Source: Chloroflexota bacterium (GTDB lineage Bacteria > Chloroflexota > JAHJIN01). Taken from it: a stretch of DNA of 32,000 bases. Both the position numbers and the translations under genes were made by a program. The stretch is taken from contig JAHJIN010000418.1 in the NCBI GenBank assembly GCA_018823415.1, positions 1 through 32,000 on the forward strand, given 5' to 3'. A model generated the notes under the pieces. That model was not told the origin of the DNA. It worked only from the letters and a program-made list of their open reading frames with translations, and did no database searches. Positions 7,944-15,961 of this stretch are shown one piece after another. Numbering within the stretch: position 1 is the stretch's first letter; each line of letters begins with the position of its first letter.

Positions 7944-8276
7944 ATGGAATCAGTAACCCTACAGGTTCCCGCATTGTGGGCCGACCATCATACCCTGGTC
8001 GTCCATGCGCTCTTGGCGGGGATGGCTGGCGTCGATGATGTGTACGCCAGTGCCAAAAACAAGCAGGTTACACTCGCCTATGATCCGGGGCAAATCGATC
8101 TCGCTGCTATTGAGAAAGCCCTGGCCCAGGCCGGCTATCCGGTCGGCGCAACGGCCCAAGTCGTAGAACAAGGGTTTGTGTGGCGCAAGGCCAGCGAGTG
8201 GGCCGTCGTCGCGGACCGAGTTACCGAAACTGCCCTGGTCGATCTGCAAATGTCAGGCGACCACCGCAAATACTAG
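7944..8276 (+). CDS. Small Cys-free HMA-like (ferredoxin-fold) protein of unknown function
   Basis: AAGGAGG RBS. The sequence VTLQVPALWADHHTLVVHALLAGMAGVDDVYASAKNKQVTLAYDPGQIDLAAIEKALAQAGYPV follows the heavy-metal-associated domain pattern, but WADHH replaces the GMxCxxC loop. Confidence 0.65.
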   Translation: MESVTLQVPALWADHHTLVVHALLAGMAGVDDVYASAKNKQVTLAYDPGQIDLAAIEKALAQAGYPVGATAQVVEQGFVWRKASEWAVVADRVTETALVDLQMSGDHRKY

Positions 8277-8310
8277 ACTTCCCATTGGGACTAGAGCACA
8301 GGAGATAGAC

Positions 8311-10290
8311 ATGACGGAGGAAAAACGCACCATTGACCCCGCGGTCGCAGAATTGTTGTTTACCTGTGATGAAGGGGAAATCGGCACGGCTTTCAGTCGC
8401 GCTGAGAATATGAAGCCCTGTCCTATCGGACGAGAAAGCGCCTGTTGCAAGAACTGCTTTATGGGACCATGCCGGCTCACCGGCAAGGACAAGGAAGAAA
8501 AGACAGGCGTTTGCGGGGCCAGCATGGGTGTTATCGCGGCCCGCAACTTGCTCCGGGCCATTGCCGCCGGGGCAGCCTCTCACTCGGACCATGGGCGGGA
8601 TATGGCTTTTACCTTGTTGGCCGTGGCCAACGGCGAAGCCCCCAGCTACCAGATCACGGACGTGAAAAAGCTCCATGCCGTGGCCGGCTATATGGGTATC
8701 CCCACCCAAGGCCGCAGCAAAGAAGACATCGCCCGGGATGTGGCAACCCAGGCATTGAGGGACTTTGGTCAGCAAGGCCACACCGAAGTATCGTATGTGT
8801 CTCGCGCCACTCCCAAGCGGCAAAAGATCTGGCGTGACCTGGACATCGTCCCCCGGGCCGTTGACCGCGAGATCGTGGAAGCGTTGGGGCGCACCCACAT
8901 CGGCGATGACCAGCAAGTGCAGAGCCTGTTGACCCACGCGATGCGCTGCGCTTTGGGCGACGGTTGGGCCGGTTCCATGCTGTCCACCGACATCTCGGAC
9001 ATCCTCTTTGGCACCCCCAACCCCGGCACGACCCGGATCAACCTGGGCGTGCTCGCCGATGACGAGGTGAATATCATCGTCCACGGTCACGAGCCCACCC
9101 TGAGCATGATGATCGTGGCGGCAGCCCAGGACCCGGAGATGATCGAGTACGCCCGCAGCAAAGGCGCCAAGGGCATCAACCTGTCCGGCATCTGCTGCAC
9201 GGCCAACGAGATCCTCATGCGCCAGGGCGTGTCCAGCGCCGGGAATTTCCTGAGCCAGGAACTTGCCATCATCACCGGGGCCGTGGAAGCCATGGTAGTG
9301 GACATCCAGTGCATCTTTCAGGCTCTGGTACCACTGGCAGAGAGCTACCACACGGAAATCATCACCACTTCCCCCAAGGTCCACATCGAGGGGGCCACGC
9401 ACATCGAGTTCGACGAGCACCGCGCCATGGACATCGCCAAAGAGATCGTCAAGCGGGCCATCGACAACTATCCCAACCGGGGCGAGACCCGCATCCCCGA
9501 GATCCGCGAGGGCATGGTGGCCGGCTTTAGCCACGAGTACATTCGCTACATGCTGGGCGGCACCTATCGCGCGTCCTTCCGGCCCCTGAACGATGCCATC
9601 ATCAGTGGCCGCATTCGGGGCGCGGTGGGTATCGTGGGCTGCAACAACCCGCGCACCTGCCATGACCTGAGCCACGCCTACCTGGTGAAAAAGTTTATCG
9701 AGAACGACGTGCTGGTGGTCATGACCGGCTGCGGCGCGTTGTGCGCCGGCAAGTACGGCATGCTCACCCCAGAGGCCCTGGCGGCCGCCGGACACGGCCT
9801 GCGCGAGGTCTGCGAGACCGTGGGCATGCCACCGGTGCTGCACCTGGGTTCGTGTGTAGACAACACCCGCATCCTCACCATCCTCACCGAAGTTGCCACC
9901 GAAGGCGGCCTGGGCGAAGACATCGACGACCTGCCGGCCGTGGGCCTGGCTCCCGAGTGGATGAGCGAAAAGGCCCTGAGCATCGCCACGTACTTTGTGG
10001 CCTCGGGCGCCTACGTCATCATGGGCGTGGGCAACCCGGTGGAAGCCTCCAGCGAAGTGAATCGGTTCATCACCGACGAGTGGGAAAAGATGGTAGGTGG
10101 TCGGCTCGAGTTCGTGGAAGACCCGGACGAGATGCTGCGCCGGTCGCTGGCGCACATTGACAAGAAGCGCGAGGCGCTCAAGCTCGTGCCGTGGGATCCC
10201 GATCGCTTCAAAAAGGATACCGTGACCTGGGACGAGGCGCTGGGGTTCGGCACGTCGGTGTCAATGCCCGCGGCGATGGAGGTAGTTTAG
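8311..10290 (+). CDS. cooS: Anaerobic Ni,Fe carbon-monoxide dehydrogenase catalytic subunit (CODH, beta subunit of CODH/ACS)
   Basis: Cluster-binding motifs CCKNCFMGPCRL, VHGHEP, GICCTANE, GCNNPR and LGSCVDN. Start moved to MTEEKRT (ATG 8311, AGGAGA RBS). The track start at 8176 overlaps the preceding gene. Confidence 0.95.
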   Translation: MTEEKRTIDPAVAELLFTCDEGEIGTAFSRAENMKPCPIGRESACCKNCFMGPCRLTGKDKEEKTGVCGASMGVIAARNLLRAIAAGAASHSDHGRDMAFTLLAVANGEAPSYQITDVKKLHAVAGYMGIPTQGRSKEDIARDVATQALRDFGQQGHTEVSYVSRATPKRQKIWRDLDIVPRAVDREIVEALGRTHIGDDQQVQSLLTHAMRCALGDGWAGSMLSTDISDILFGTPNPGTTRINLGVLADDEVNIIVHGHEPTLSMMIVAAAQDPEMIEYARSKGAKGINLSGICCTANEILMRQGVSSAGNFLSQELAIITGAVEAMVVDIQCIFQALVPLAESYHTEIITTSPKVHIEGATHIEFDEHRAMDIAKEIVKRAIDNYPNRGETRIPEIREGMVAGFSHEYIRYMLGGTYRASFRPLNDAIISGRIRGAVGIVGCNNPRTCHDLSHAYLVKKFIENDVLVVMTGCGALCAGKYGMLTPEALAAAGHGLREVCETVGMPPVLHLGSCVDNTRILTILTEVATEGGLGEDIDDLPAVGLAPEWMSEKALSIATYFVASGAYVIMGVGNPVEASSEVNRFITDEWEKMVGGRLEFVEDPDEMLRRSLAHIDKKREALKLVPWDPDRFKKDTVTWDEALGFGTSVSMPAAMEVV

Positions 10291-10291
10291 C

Positions 10292-12535
10292 ATGTCCAAA
10301 TATATCGCTAGCGCCGTGCATCGCGGCGCACGCAACCTGGTTCGTGAAGCAGACGATGCGCTCCAGGCCGCTCTGGCCGAGTATGGCCCCGAGCAAAAGG
10401 TGGCGTTCCCCAACACTGCCTATTATCTGCCCACTATCTTTGGCCTCATGGGCCACAAGGTAGAGACCCTGGGCGATCTGCCCCCGGTCATCGACCACTG
10501 CAACGAGCTGGTCCATCCGGTCCCCGGCGACCATCTGTGGCTGCCCTACCTGGGCGAAACCCTGGACGCCGGCATGGCGACTCTGTTTGCCGCCGAGACC
10601 ATCGAGGGCATCCGCTACATGCGGGGCACCGAGCCCACGCCTATCACCTGGGACGCAGATTATGAGGGGCGCCAGTTCCTCAACGGCCCCATCGACGACG
10701 TGCAGTTGCGGTCGTGGGGCATTCAGCTCGTAGACGGCCGCATGCCCGGCTTTGCGGCCCTGGTGGGCTGCGCCAAGAGCAACGAGGTGGCTGTCCACAT
10801 CGTCCGCGAACTCCAGCGGCGGGGCATCCTCATCTTTCTCTGCGGCAACGTCAACGGCCGCAGCATCATCCACCAACTGATGGAAGAGGGCGTTCAACTG
10901 GGGTACGACACCTTTACCGTGCCCTTTGCCCTGGATACCATTTCGGCCATCTATCCCCTGGGCTTTGCCACTCGCGCCGCGCTGACCTTTGGCGGCCTCA
11001 AAGCCGGTCAGGCCCGGGACATCCTGCTATACAACAAGTTCCGCACCTTTGCCTTTGTGGTCGCCCTGGGCGAAGTGGATGACTTGAAATACGCGGCGGC
11101 GGCCGGGGCGATCAGCTATGGCTTCCCCACCATCGCCGATACCGCTATCCCGCCCATCTATCCCACCGGTGTCACCTCCTACGAGCACGTGGTGCCCATG
11201 CCCTTTGACCAGATCGAGGGCAAGGACGACTTGGAGCGCGCCGAAAGGCTGGTGCAGCGGGCCATCGAAGTGCGCGGCGTCAAGATCAAAATCACCGAAG
11301 TGCCCATCCCCGTGGCCTATGGCTCGGCCTTTGAAGGCGAGCGCGTGCGCCGCGACGACATGCAGGTGGAATTCGGCGGCAAAAAGAGCCGCTGCTTTGA
11401 ATACCTGCGCATGAAAGACATGGACGAGGTCGAGGACCACAAGCTCGACATCATCGGGACCGACATTGACACGGTGCCCGAAGGCGGCGCCATCGACCTG
11501 GGCATCCTGGTCGAGGTGTCCGGCCGCAAAATGCAAAAGGACTTTGAGCCCATCCTGGAGCGCCAGGTCCACTATTTCATCAACGCGGCCTCGGGCGTGC
11601 AGCATATCGGTCAGCGCGACATTGTGTGGCTGCGCCTCAGCAAAGAAGCCTTTAACAAGGGTTTTCGCCTCGAGCACTTTGGCGAGATTCTGTATGCTCG
11701 CCTGCACGGCGAGTTTGGGGCTATTCTGGACAAGGTGCAAGTGACCCTGATCACGGACCCGGACCAGATGGCCGAGTTGTTGGAAGAGGCCCGCGCGGCC
11801 TTTCAGGAACGCAACGAGCGCCTGGCTGGCCTCACCGACGAGGGCGTGGACACGTTCTACTCTTGCACCCTGTGCCAGAGCTTTGCCCCCACCCACGTGT
11901 GCGTGGTTAGCCCCGAGCGCCTGGGCCTGTGCGGAGCCTATAACTGGCTGGACTGCCGGGCGGCCAAAGAGATCAACCCCACCGGCCCCAACCAGCCCAT
12001 CCCCAAGGGCACCTGCATTGACCCCATCAAGGGCGAGTTTACCGGCCCTTGCGAGTTTGTCTACCAGAACAGCCAGCAGAGCGTGGAGCGCGTCACCATG
12101 TATTCCATCATGGACGCGCCCATGACCGCCTGCGGTTGCTTTGAGTGCATCGTGATGCTTTTGCCCGAGGCCAACGGTGTGATGGTGGTGAGCCGTGAGG
12201 ACCCCAGCATGACCCCCTGCGGCATGACCTTCTCCACGCTGGCCGGCACCGCCGGCGGCGGTTTGCAGACGCCGGGCGTCATGGGCGTGGGCAAGTACTA
12301 TCTCACCTCCAAAAAGTTCATGTCGGCCGAGGGCGGCTTCAAGCGCGTGGTGTGGATGTCGTCCTTCCTCAAAGAGAGCATGGCCGAGGAACTCAAGGCC
12401 GTGGCCGAGCGCGAAGGCGACCCGGACCTGGTGTCCAAGATCGCCGACGAGACCATCTGCACCGACGTAGACGGCCTGCTGCCATACCTGGAAGAGCAGG
12501 GCCATCCGGCGCTGATGATGGACCCGATCTTTTAG
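10292..12535 (+). CDS. acsB: Acetyl-CoA synthase (CO-methylating, bacterial AcsB type)
   Basis: A-cluster motifs CTLCQSFAPTHVCVVSPERLGLCGA and MTACGCFEC. Length 747 aa. The ATG lies 1 nt after the cooS stop. Confidence 0.95.
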   Translation: MSKYIASAVHRGARNLVREADDALQAALAEYGPEQKVAFPNTAYYLPTIFGLMGHKVETLGDLPPVIDHCNELVHPVPGDHLWLPYLGETLDAGMATLFAAETIEGIRYMRGTEPTPITWDADYEGRQFLNGPIDDVQLRSWGIQLVDGRMPGFAALVGCAKSNEVAVHIVRELQRRGILIFLCGNVNGRSIIHQLMEEGVQLGYDTFTVPFALDTISAIYPLGFATRAALTFGGLKAGQARDILLYNKFRTFAFVVALGEVDDLKYAAAAGAISYGFPTIADTAIPPIYPTGVTSYEHVVPMPFDQIEGKDDLERAERLVQRAIEVRGVKIKITEVPIPVAYGSAFEGERVRRDDMQVEFGGKKSRCFEYLRMKDMDEVEDHKLDIIGTDIDTVPEGGAIDLGILVEVSGRKMQKDFEPILERQVHYFINAASGVQHIGQRDIVWLRLSKEAFNKGFRLEHFGEILYARLHGEFGAILDKVQVTLITDPDQMAELLEEARAAFQERNERLAGLTDEGVDTFYSCTLCQSFAPTHVCVVSPERLGLCGAYNWLDCRAAKEINPTGPNQPIPKGTCIDPIKGEFTGPCEFVYQNSQQSVERVTMYSIMDAPMTACGCFECIVMLLPEANGVMVVSREDPSMTPCGMTFSTLAGTAGGGLQTPGVMGVGKYYLTSKKFMSAEGGFKRVVWMSSFLKESMAEELKAVAEREGDPDLVSKIADETICTDVDGLLPYLEEQGHPALMMDPIF

Positions 12536-12601
12536 CGAATGGGCGAACCGACCATGAGCCATCGTCCAGGCAGTCAGTAGACCTGCTAGTATGAGTTGCG
12601 T

Positions 12602-12641
12602 CCCCCTCCCACAGAGGCATGGCTAGACCTGTGGGAGGGGG
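12602..12641 (+). terminator. 13-bp stem-loop after acsB (no clear U-tract)
   Basis: CCCCCTCCCACAG pairs with CTGTGGGAGGGGG, with a 14-nt loop. Confidence 0.45.
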
Positions 12642-12659
12642 AAATCATTGTATGTGGAC

Positions 12660-12688
12660 TTGACGCGAAACCTGGTATGCGGTAGAAT
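12660..12688 (+). promoter_or_regulatory. Sigma-70-type promoter for the CBS-acsD-cupin-acsC-acsV-cooC-acsE unit
   Basis: TTGACG (12660-12665) - N17 - TAGAAT (12683-12688). Confidence 0.6.
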
Positions 12689-12761
12689 GGGCGCGGCACC
12701 ACACACAATCCTGGCCCGTTTACAGGCGCAGGGCCAAGTAGCTTTTTAGAGGAGAGAGAAC

Positions 12762-13178
12762 ATGACTGGAACTCAAGACAAACAGGTCAAAGACATCATG
12801 CACAAGGGCGTCATTACCTGCAAAGACGTCACACCGCTCACCGAGTGCGTGCGGGTGATGGCCGACACCGATGTGCACGCCATCATTGTCATGGAGGGCG
12901 GCAAGATCGACGGCATCATCTCGCACATGGATGTATTGCGCCTCTATCACCAGGAACTGGAGGGCAAAACCGCCGAATCGATCATGACGCCTTCGGTGGT
13001 GGCCGTGACACCCGATACCCCTGTGGCTGACGCCGTCCGGGTCATGCTGGAGCACGACATCCATCGCCTGCTCGTGGTGGAAGAAACCCTCGAGGGCCAG
13101 CAGCCGGTGGGCGTGCTCTCGACCACCGACGTGATCCGCGAGATGCGCGGTTCCAAGTGGGTCTGGTACATGGGATAG
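12762..13178 (+). CDS. CBS-domain pair protein
   Basis: Two CBS repeats (VKDIMHKGVITCKDVTPL...HAIIVMEGGKIDGIIS and AESIMTPSVVAVTPDTPV...HRLLVVEE...VGVLSTTDV). GAGGAGAGAGA RBS. Confidence 0.85.
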   Translation: MTGTQDKQVKDIMHKGVITCKDVTPLTECVRVMADTDVHAIIVMEGGKIDGIISHMDVLRLYHQELEGKTAESIMTPSVVAVTPDTPVADAVRVMLEHDIHRLLVVEETLEGQQPVGVLSTTDVIREMRGSKWVWYMG

Positions 13179-13244
13179 GAAATCGGCAAATGGGCACATA
13201 CGCAAATCAGTTGCTCATTTGCACATTTGTCAAGGAGTTGAAAT

Positions 13245-14207
13245 ATGCCAACAGTCGAGATCCCGGTTGAGAAAAACAAGGGCAAGGTACGCGAGGTGAC
13301 GTTGGGGGCCACCGCGGCCGATGGCGGCACGCGCGCGTATACCATTACCGTGGGTGGGGAAACAGCCCTGCCCTTCTTGCATTTTGAGGGCGAGATCCCC
13401 CACCGGCCAGTTGTGGCGGTGGAGATTCTGGACAAACGACCCACCGACTGGTCGCCGTTGCTGCTGCAAGCCTGGGGCGACGTGGTGGATGACCCGGTGG
13501 CCTGGGCCAAGTCCGCGGTGGACGCCGGCGCCGATCTGATCCAGATCACCCTTGCCAGCACGCACCCCGACGCCGACAATACTTCGCCGGCCGATGCCGC
13601 CGCCCTGGTCAAAAAAGTCCTGGAGGCGGTAGACGTGCCGCTCATCGTCAAAGGGCCGGGCCAGCCCGACAAGGACAACGATGTGCTGGTGGCCGTGGCC
13701 GAGGCCGCCAAAGGCGAGCGCGTGGCCCTGGGCCTGTGCGAGGACAAGAACTATCGCACCATTGTGGCCGCCGCCCTGGCCCATGGGCACGTGGTCATTG
13801 GCAGCAGCCCCATCGACGTGAACCTGGCCAAGCAGGTCAACATCCTCATCAGCGATGTGGGCCTGGGTCTGGACCGTGTGCTGATGGACCCCACCACCGG
13901 CGCCCTGGGTTATGGCCTGGAATATACCTATTCCGTGATGGAGCGCCTGCGGTTGGCCGCCCTTATGGGCGACAGCATGACCCAGCAACCGCTGATCTGC
14001 TTTGTCGGCCATGAAGCCTGGCGGGCCAAGGAATCCAAGGTTGGTGAGGGCGTGCCGGCGGCCTGGGGCGACTGGGAACAACGCGCCCGCACCTGGGAAA
14101 TCGTCACCGCCACCAGCCTGCTCCAGAGTGGCGCCGACATCCTGGTGCTGCGCCATCCCGAATCGGTCAAGGTCATCAAGCGCACCATCGACAAGCTCAT
14201 GAAGTAA
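13245..14207 (+). CDS. acsD: Corrinoid iron-sulfur protein small subunit (AcsD / CdhD-like)
   Basis: 320 aa. The N-terminus VTLGATAADGGTRAYTITVGGETALPF is typical of AcsD, with a TIM-barrel-like remainder. Located in the acs operon. Confidence 0.88.
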   Translation: MPTVEIPVEKNKGKVREVTLGATAADGGTRAYTITVGGETALPFLHFEGEIPHRPVVAVEILDKRPTDWSPLLLQAWGDVVDDPVAWAKSAVDAGADLIQITLASTHPDADNTSPADAAALVKKVLEAVDVPLIVKGPGQPDKDNDVLVAVAEAAKGERVALGLCEDKNYRTIVAAALAHGHVVIGSSPIDVNLAKQVNILISDVGLGLDRVLMDPTTGALGYGLEYTYSVMERLRLAALMGDSMTQQPLICFVGHEAWRAKESKVGEGVPAAWGDWEQRARTWEIVTATSLLQSGADILVLRHPESVKVIKRTIDKLMK

Positions 14208-14256
14208 AGTATCAACCAGCACAACAGCGCCCGGTGTATGGCGTGAGGAGGCTAAC

Positions 14257-14538
14257 ATGACAGAAGGTCCCGGCATCAAGGTAGAAAAGGCCACCCCAGA
14301 AAAGCTGGCCGAAATGGGGGTGGAACAATGGTCGCCCTGGTCCTGCGAGGCCAGCACGTTCGACTGGAGCTATGATGATACCGAGACGGCATACGTCAGC
14401 GACGGCCACGTGGTCATTCACACCGCCGCCGGCGACGTCGAGATCACGGCCGGCGACCTGGTGGAATTCCCGGCCGGCCTGGAATGTACCTGGGAAGTGA
14501 AAAAAGCCATCCGCAAAGTGTACAAGTTTGGCGACTGA
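14257..14538 (+). CDS. Small cupin (cupin_3 / DUF861-like) protein
   Basis: 93 aa. The pattern W..W....STFDWSYDDTETAYVSDGHVVI....G..VEITAGDLVEFPAGLECTWEV...IRKVYKF matches the single-domain cupin_3 signature. GAGGAGG RBS. Confidence 0.75.
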   Translation: MTEGPGIKVEKATPEKLAEMGVEQWSPWSCEASTFDWSYDDTETAYVSDGHVVIHTAAGDVEITAGDLVEFPAGLECTWEVKKAIRKVYKFGD

Positions 14539-14557
14539 CGCGAAAGGAGCATAGTTC

Positions 14558-15901
14558 ATGGGTCTATCTGGTCTGGAAATCTATAAACTGTTACCCAAGA
14601 CCAACTGCAAAGAGTGCGGGTTCCCCACTTGCCTGGCCTTTGCCATGAAGTTGAGCCAAAAGAGTGTGGAACTGGCTGCCTGTCCGTACGTATCGGAAGA
14701 GGCCAAAGAAAAGCTGGCCGCCTCGGCGGCCCCGCCCATCCGCCCGGTGACGGTGGGCGCCGATAAGAAAAAGATCACCGTGGGCGGCGAGACGGTGCTG
14801 TTCCGCCACGACAAGACCTTTTTCAACCCCCCGGGCCTGGTGGTGCGCATCCCCGACACACTGCCCGCGGCCGAGATCACCCGGTTGGCCCAGCAGGTGA
14901 CCGGCTATAGCGTCGAGCGCGTGGGCCTGGACCTGAGCCTGGATGGCTTTGCCGTGGAGAACGCCAGCGGCGATGCCGCCAAGTTTGCAGCGGCGGTAGA
15001 GGCCGTGCACGCCGTGGCCGACTGGCCCCTGGTGCTCATGTCCCCCAACCCCCAGGCGATGGAAGCGGCCTTGCCCAAGGCCGGCACCCGACCCCTCATC
15101 TATGCGGCTACGGCCGACAACTGGGAAGCCCTGGCCGGGCTGGCCAAGAAATTCAAGGCCCCCCTGGCTATCAAAGCCGACAACCTGGATGACTTGGCCG
15201 ACCTGTCGGAAAAGGTGGGCAATGCCGGTGTGCAGGACATCGTGCTGGATCCCGGCGCGCGAGGCCTGACCGACAGCCTGGCCGCTCTCACCCAGCTGCG
15301 CCGACTGGCGCTGAAAAAGAGCTTTCGCCTGCTGGGCTTTCCCATCATCACCTTCCCCGGCGAAGGCGCCGTGGACGCAGACGAAGAGGCCATCCTGGCC
15401 ACCGAGTTCATCGCCAAGTATGGCGGCATCATTGTCCTGGATCGCTTTGACCCGGCCGTGCTCTATCCGTTGCTCACCCTGCGGCTCAACATCTACACCG
15501 ACCCGCAAAAGCCCATCCAGGTGAGTCCTGGTGTCTACGAGATTGGCGCGCCCAAACCCGAATCACCGCTGCTCGTCACGACCAATTTCTCGCTGACCTA
15601 CTTTAGCGTGGCCGGCGAGGTAGAGGCCAGCGGCGTGCCCACCTGGCTCCTCATCTGCGATAGCGAGGGCATGAGCGTGCTCACCGCCTGGGCCGCCGGC
15701 AAGTTTGACGCCGAAAAGATCGCCAAAACGGTCAAGCAGTTTGGTGTGGCCGACAAGATCAGCCACAAAAAGATCGTTCTTCCTGGCTTTGTGGCCACCA
15801 TCTCGGGCGAACTGGAAGAAGAACTGCCCGGTTGGGAGATCCGCGTGGGGCCGCGCGAAGCCGTGGATATTTCCGGCTACCTCAAGAACTTTTGGACCTA
15901 G
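14558..15901 (+). CDS. acsC: Corrinoid iron-sulfur protein large subunit (AcsC / CdhE-like)
   Basis: N-terminal [4Fe-4S] motif CKECGFPTCLAFAMKLSQKSVELAAC (C-x2-C-x4-C-x16-C). Length 447 aa. Confidence 0.93.
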   Translation: MGLSGLEIYKLLPKTNCKECGFPTCLAFAMKLSQKSVELAACPYVSEEAKEKLAASAAPPIRPVTVGADKKKITVGGETVLFRHDKTFFNPPGLVVRIPDTLPAAEITRLAQQVTGYSVERVGLDLSLDGFAVENASGDAAKFAAAVEAVHAVADWPLVLMSPNPQAMEAALPKAGTRPLIYAATADNWEALAGLAKKFKAPLAIKADNLDDLADLSEKVGNAGVQDIVLDPGARGLTDSLAALTQLRRLALKKSFRLLGFPIITFPGEGAVDADEEAILATEFIAKYGGIIVLDRFDPAVLYPLLTLRLNIYTDPQKPIQVSPGVYEIGAPKPESPLLVTTNFSLTYFSVAGEVEASGVPTWLLICDSEGMSVLTAWAAGKFDAEKIAKTVKQFGVADKISHKKIVLPGFVATISGELEEELPGWEIRVGPREAVDISGYLKNFWT

Positions 15902-15909
15902 ACTCCACA

Positions 15910-15943
15910 AGACCTCGGGGGCCTACTTGGGCCTCCGAGGTCT
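15910..15943 (+). other. Intercistronic 14-bp stem-loop between acsC and acsV
   Basis: AGACCTCGGGGGCC - TACTTG - GGCCTCCGAGGTCT (one G-U pair). No U-tract. Confidence 0.55.
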
Positions 15944-15961
15944 CGTGCGTAGGCGGGTGCT

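Noticed and set aside
8176-8310. Upstream extension of cooS overlapping the HMA-like gene.
   Set aside because: It has no RBS. ATG 8311 is preceded by AGGAGA and begins the conserved CODH N-terminus.
8221-10155. 644-aa ORF antisense to cooS.
   Set aside because: It lies opposite a gene with unmistakable CODH motifs. It is Arg/Gly/His/Ala-rich low-complexity sequence typical of GC-rich shadow frames, and it has no RBS.
11027-12562. 511-aa ORF antisense to acsB. Similar cases are 13230..14357, 14591..15508, 15923..16762, 24306..25523 and 26046..27125.
   Set aside because: All of them overlap motif-supported genes on the other strand and have compositionally biased translations with no recognisable domains. 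They are an expected artefact of high GC3.
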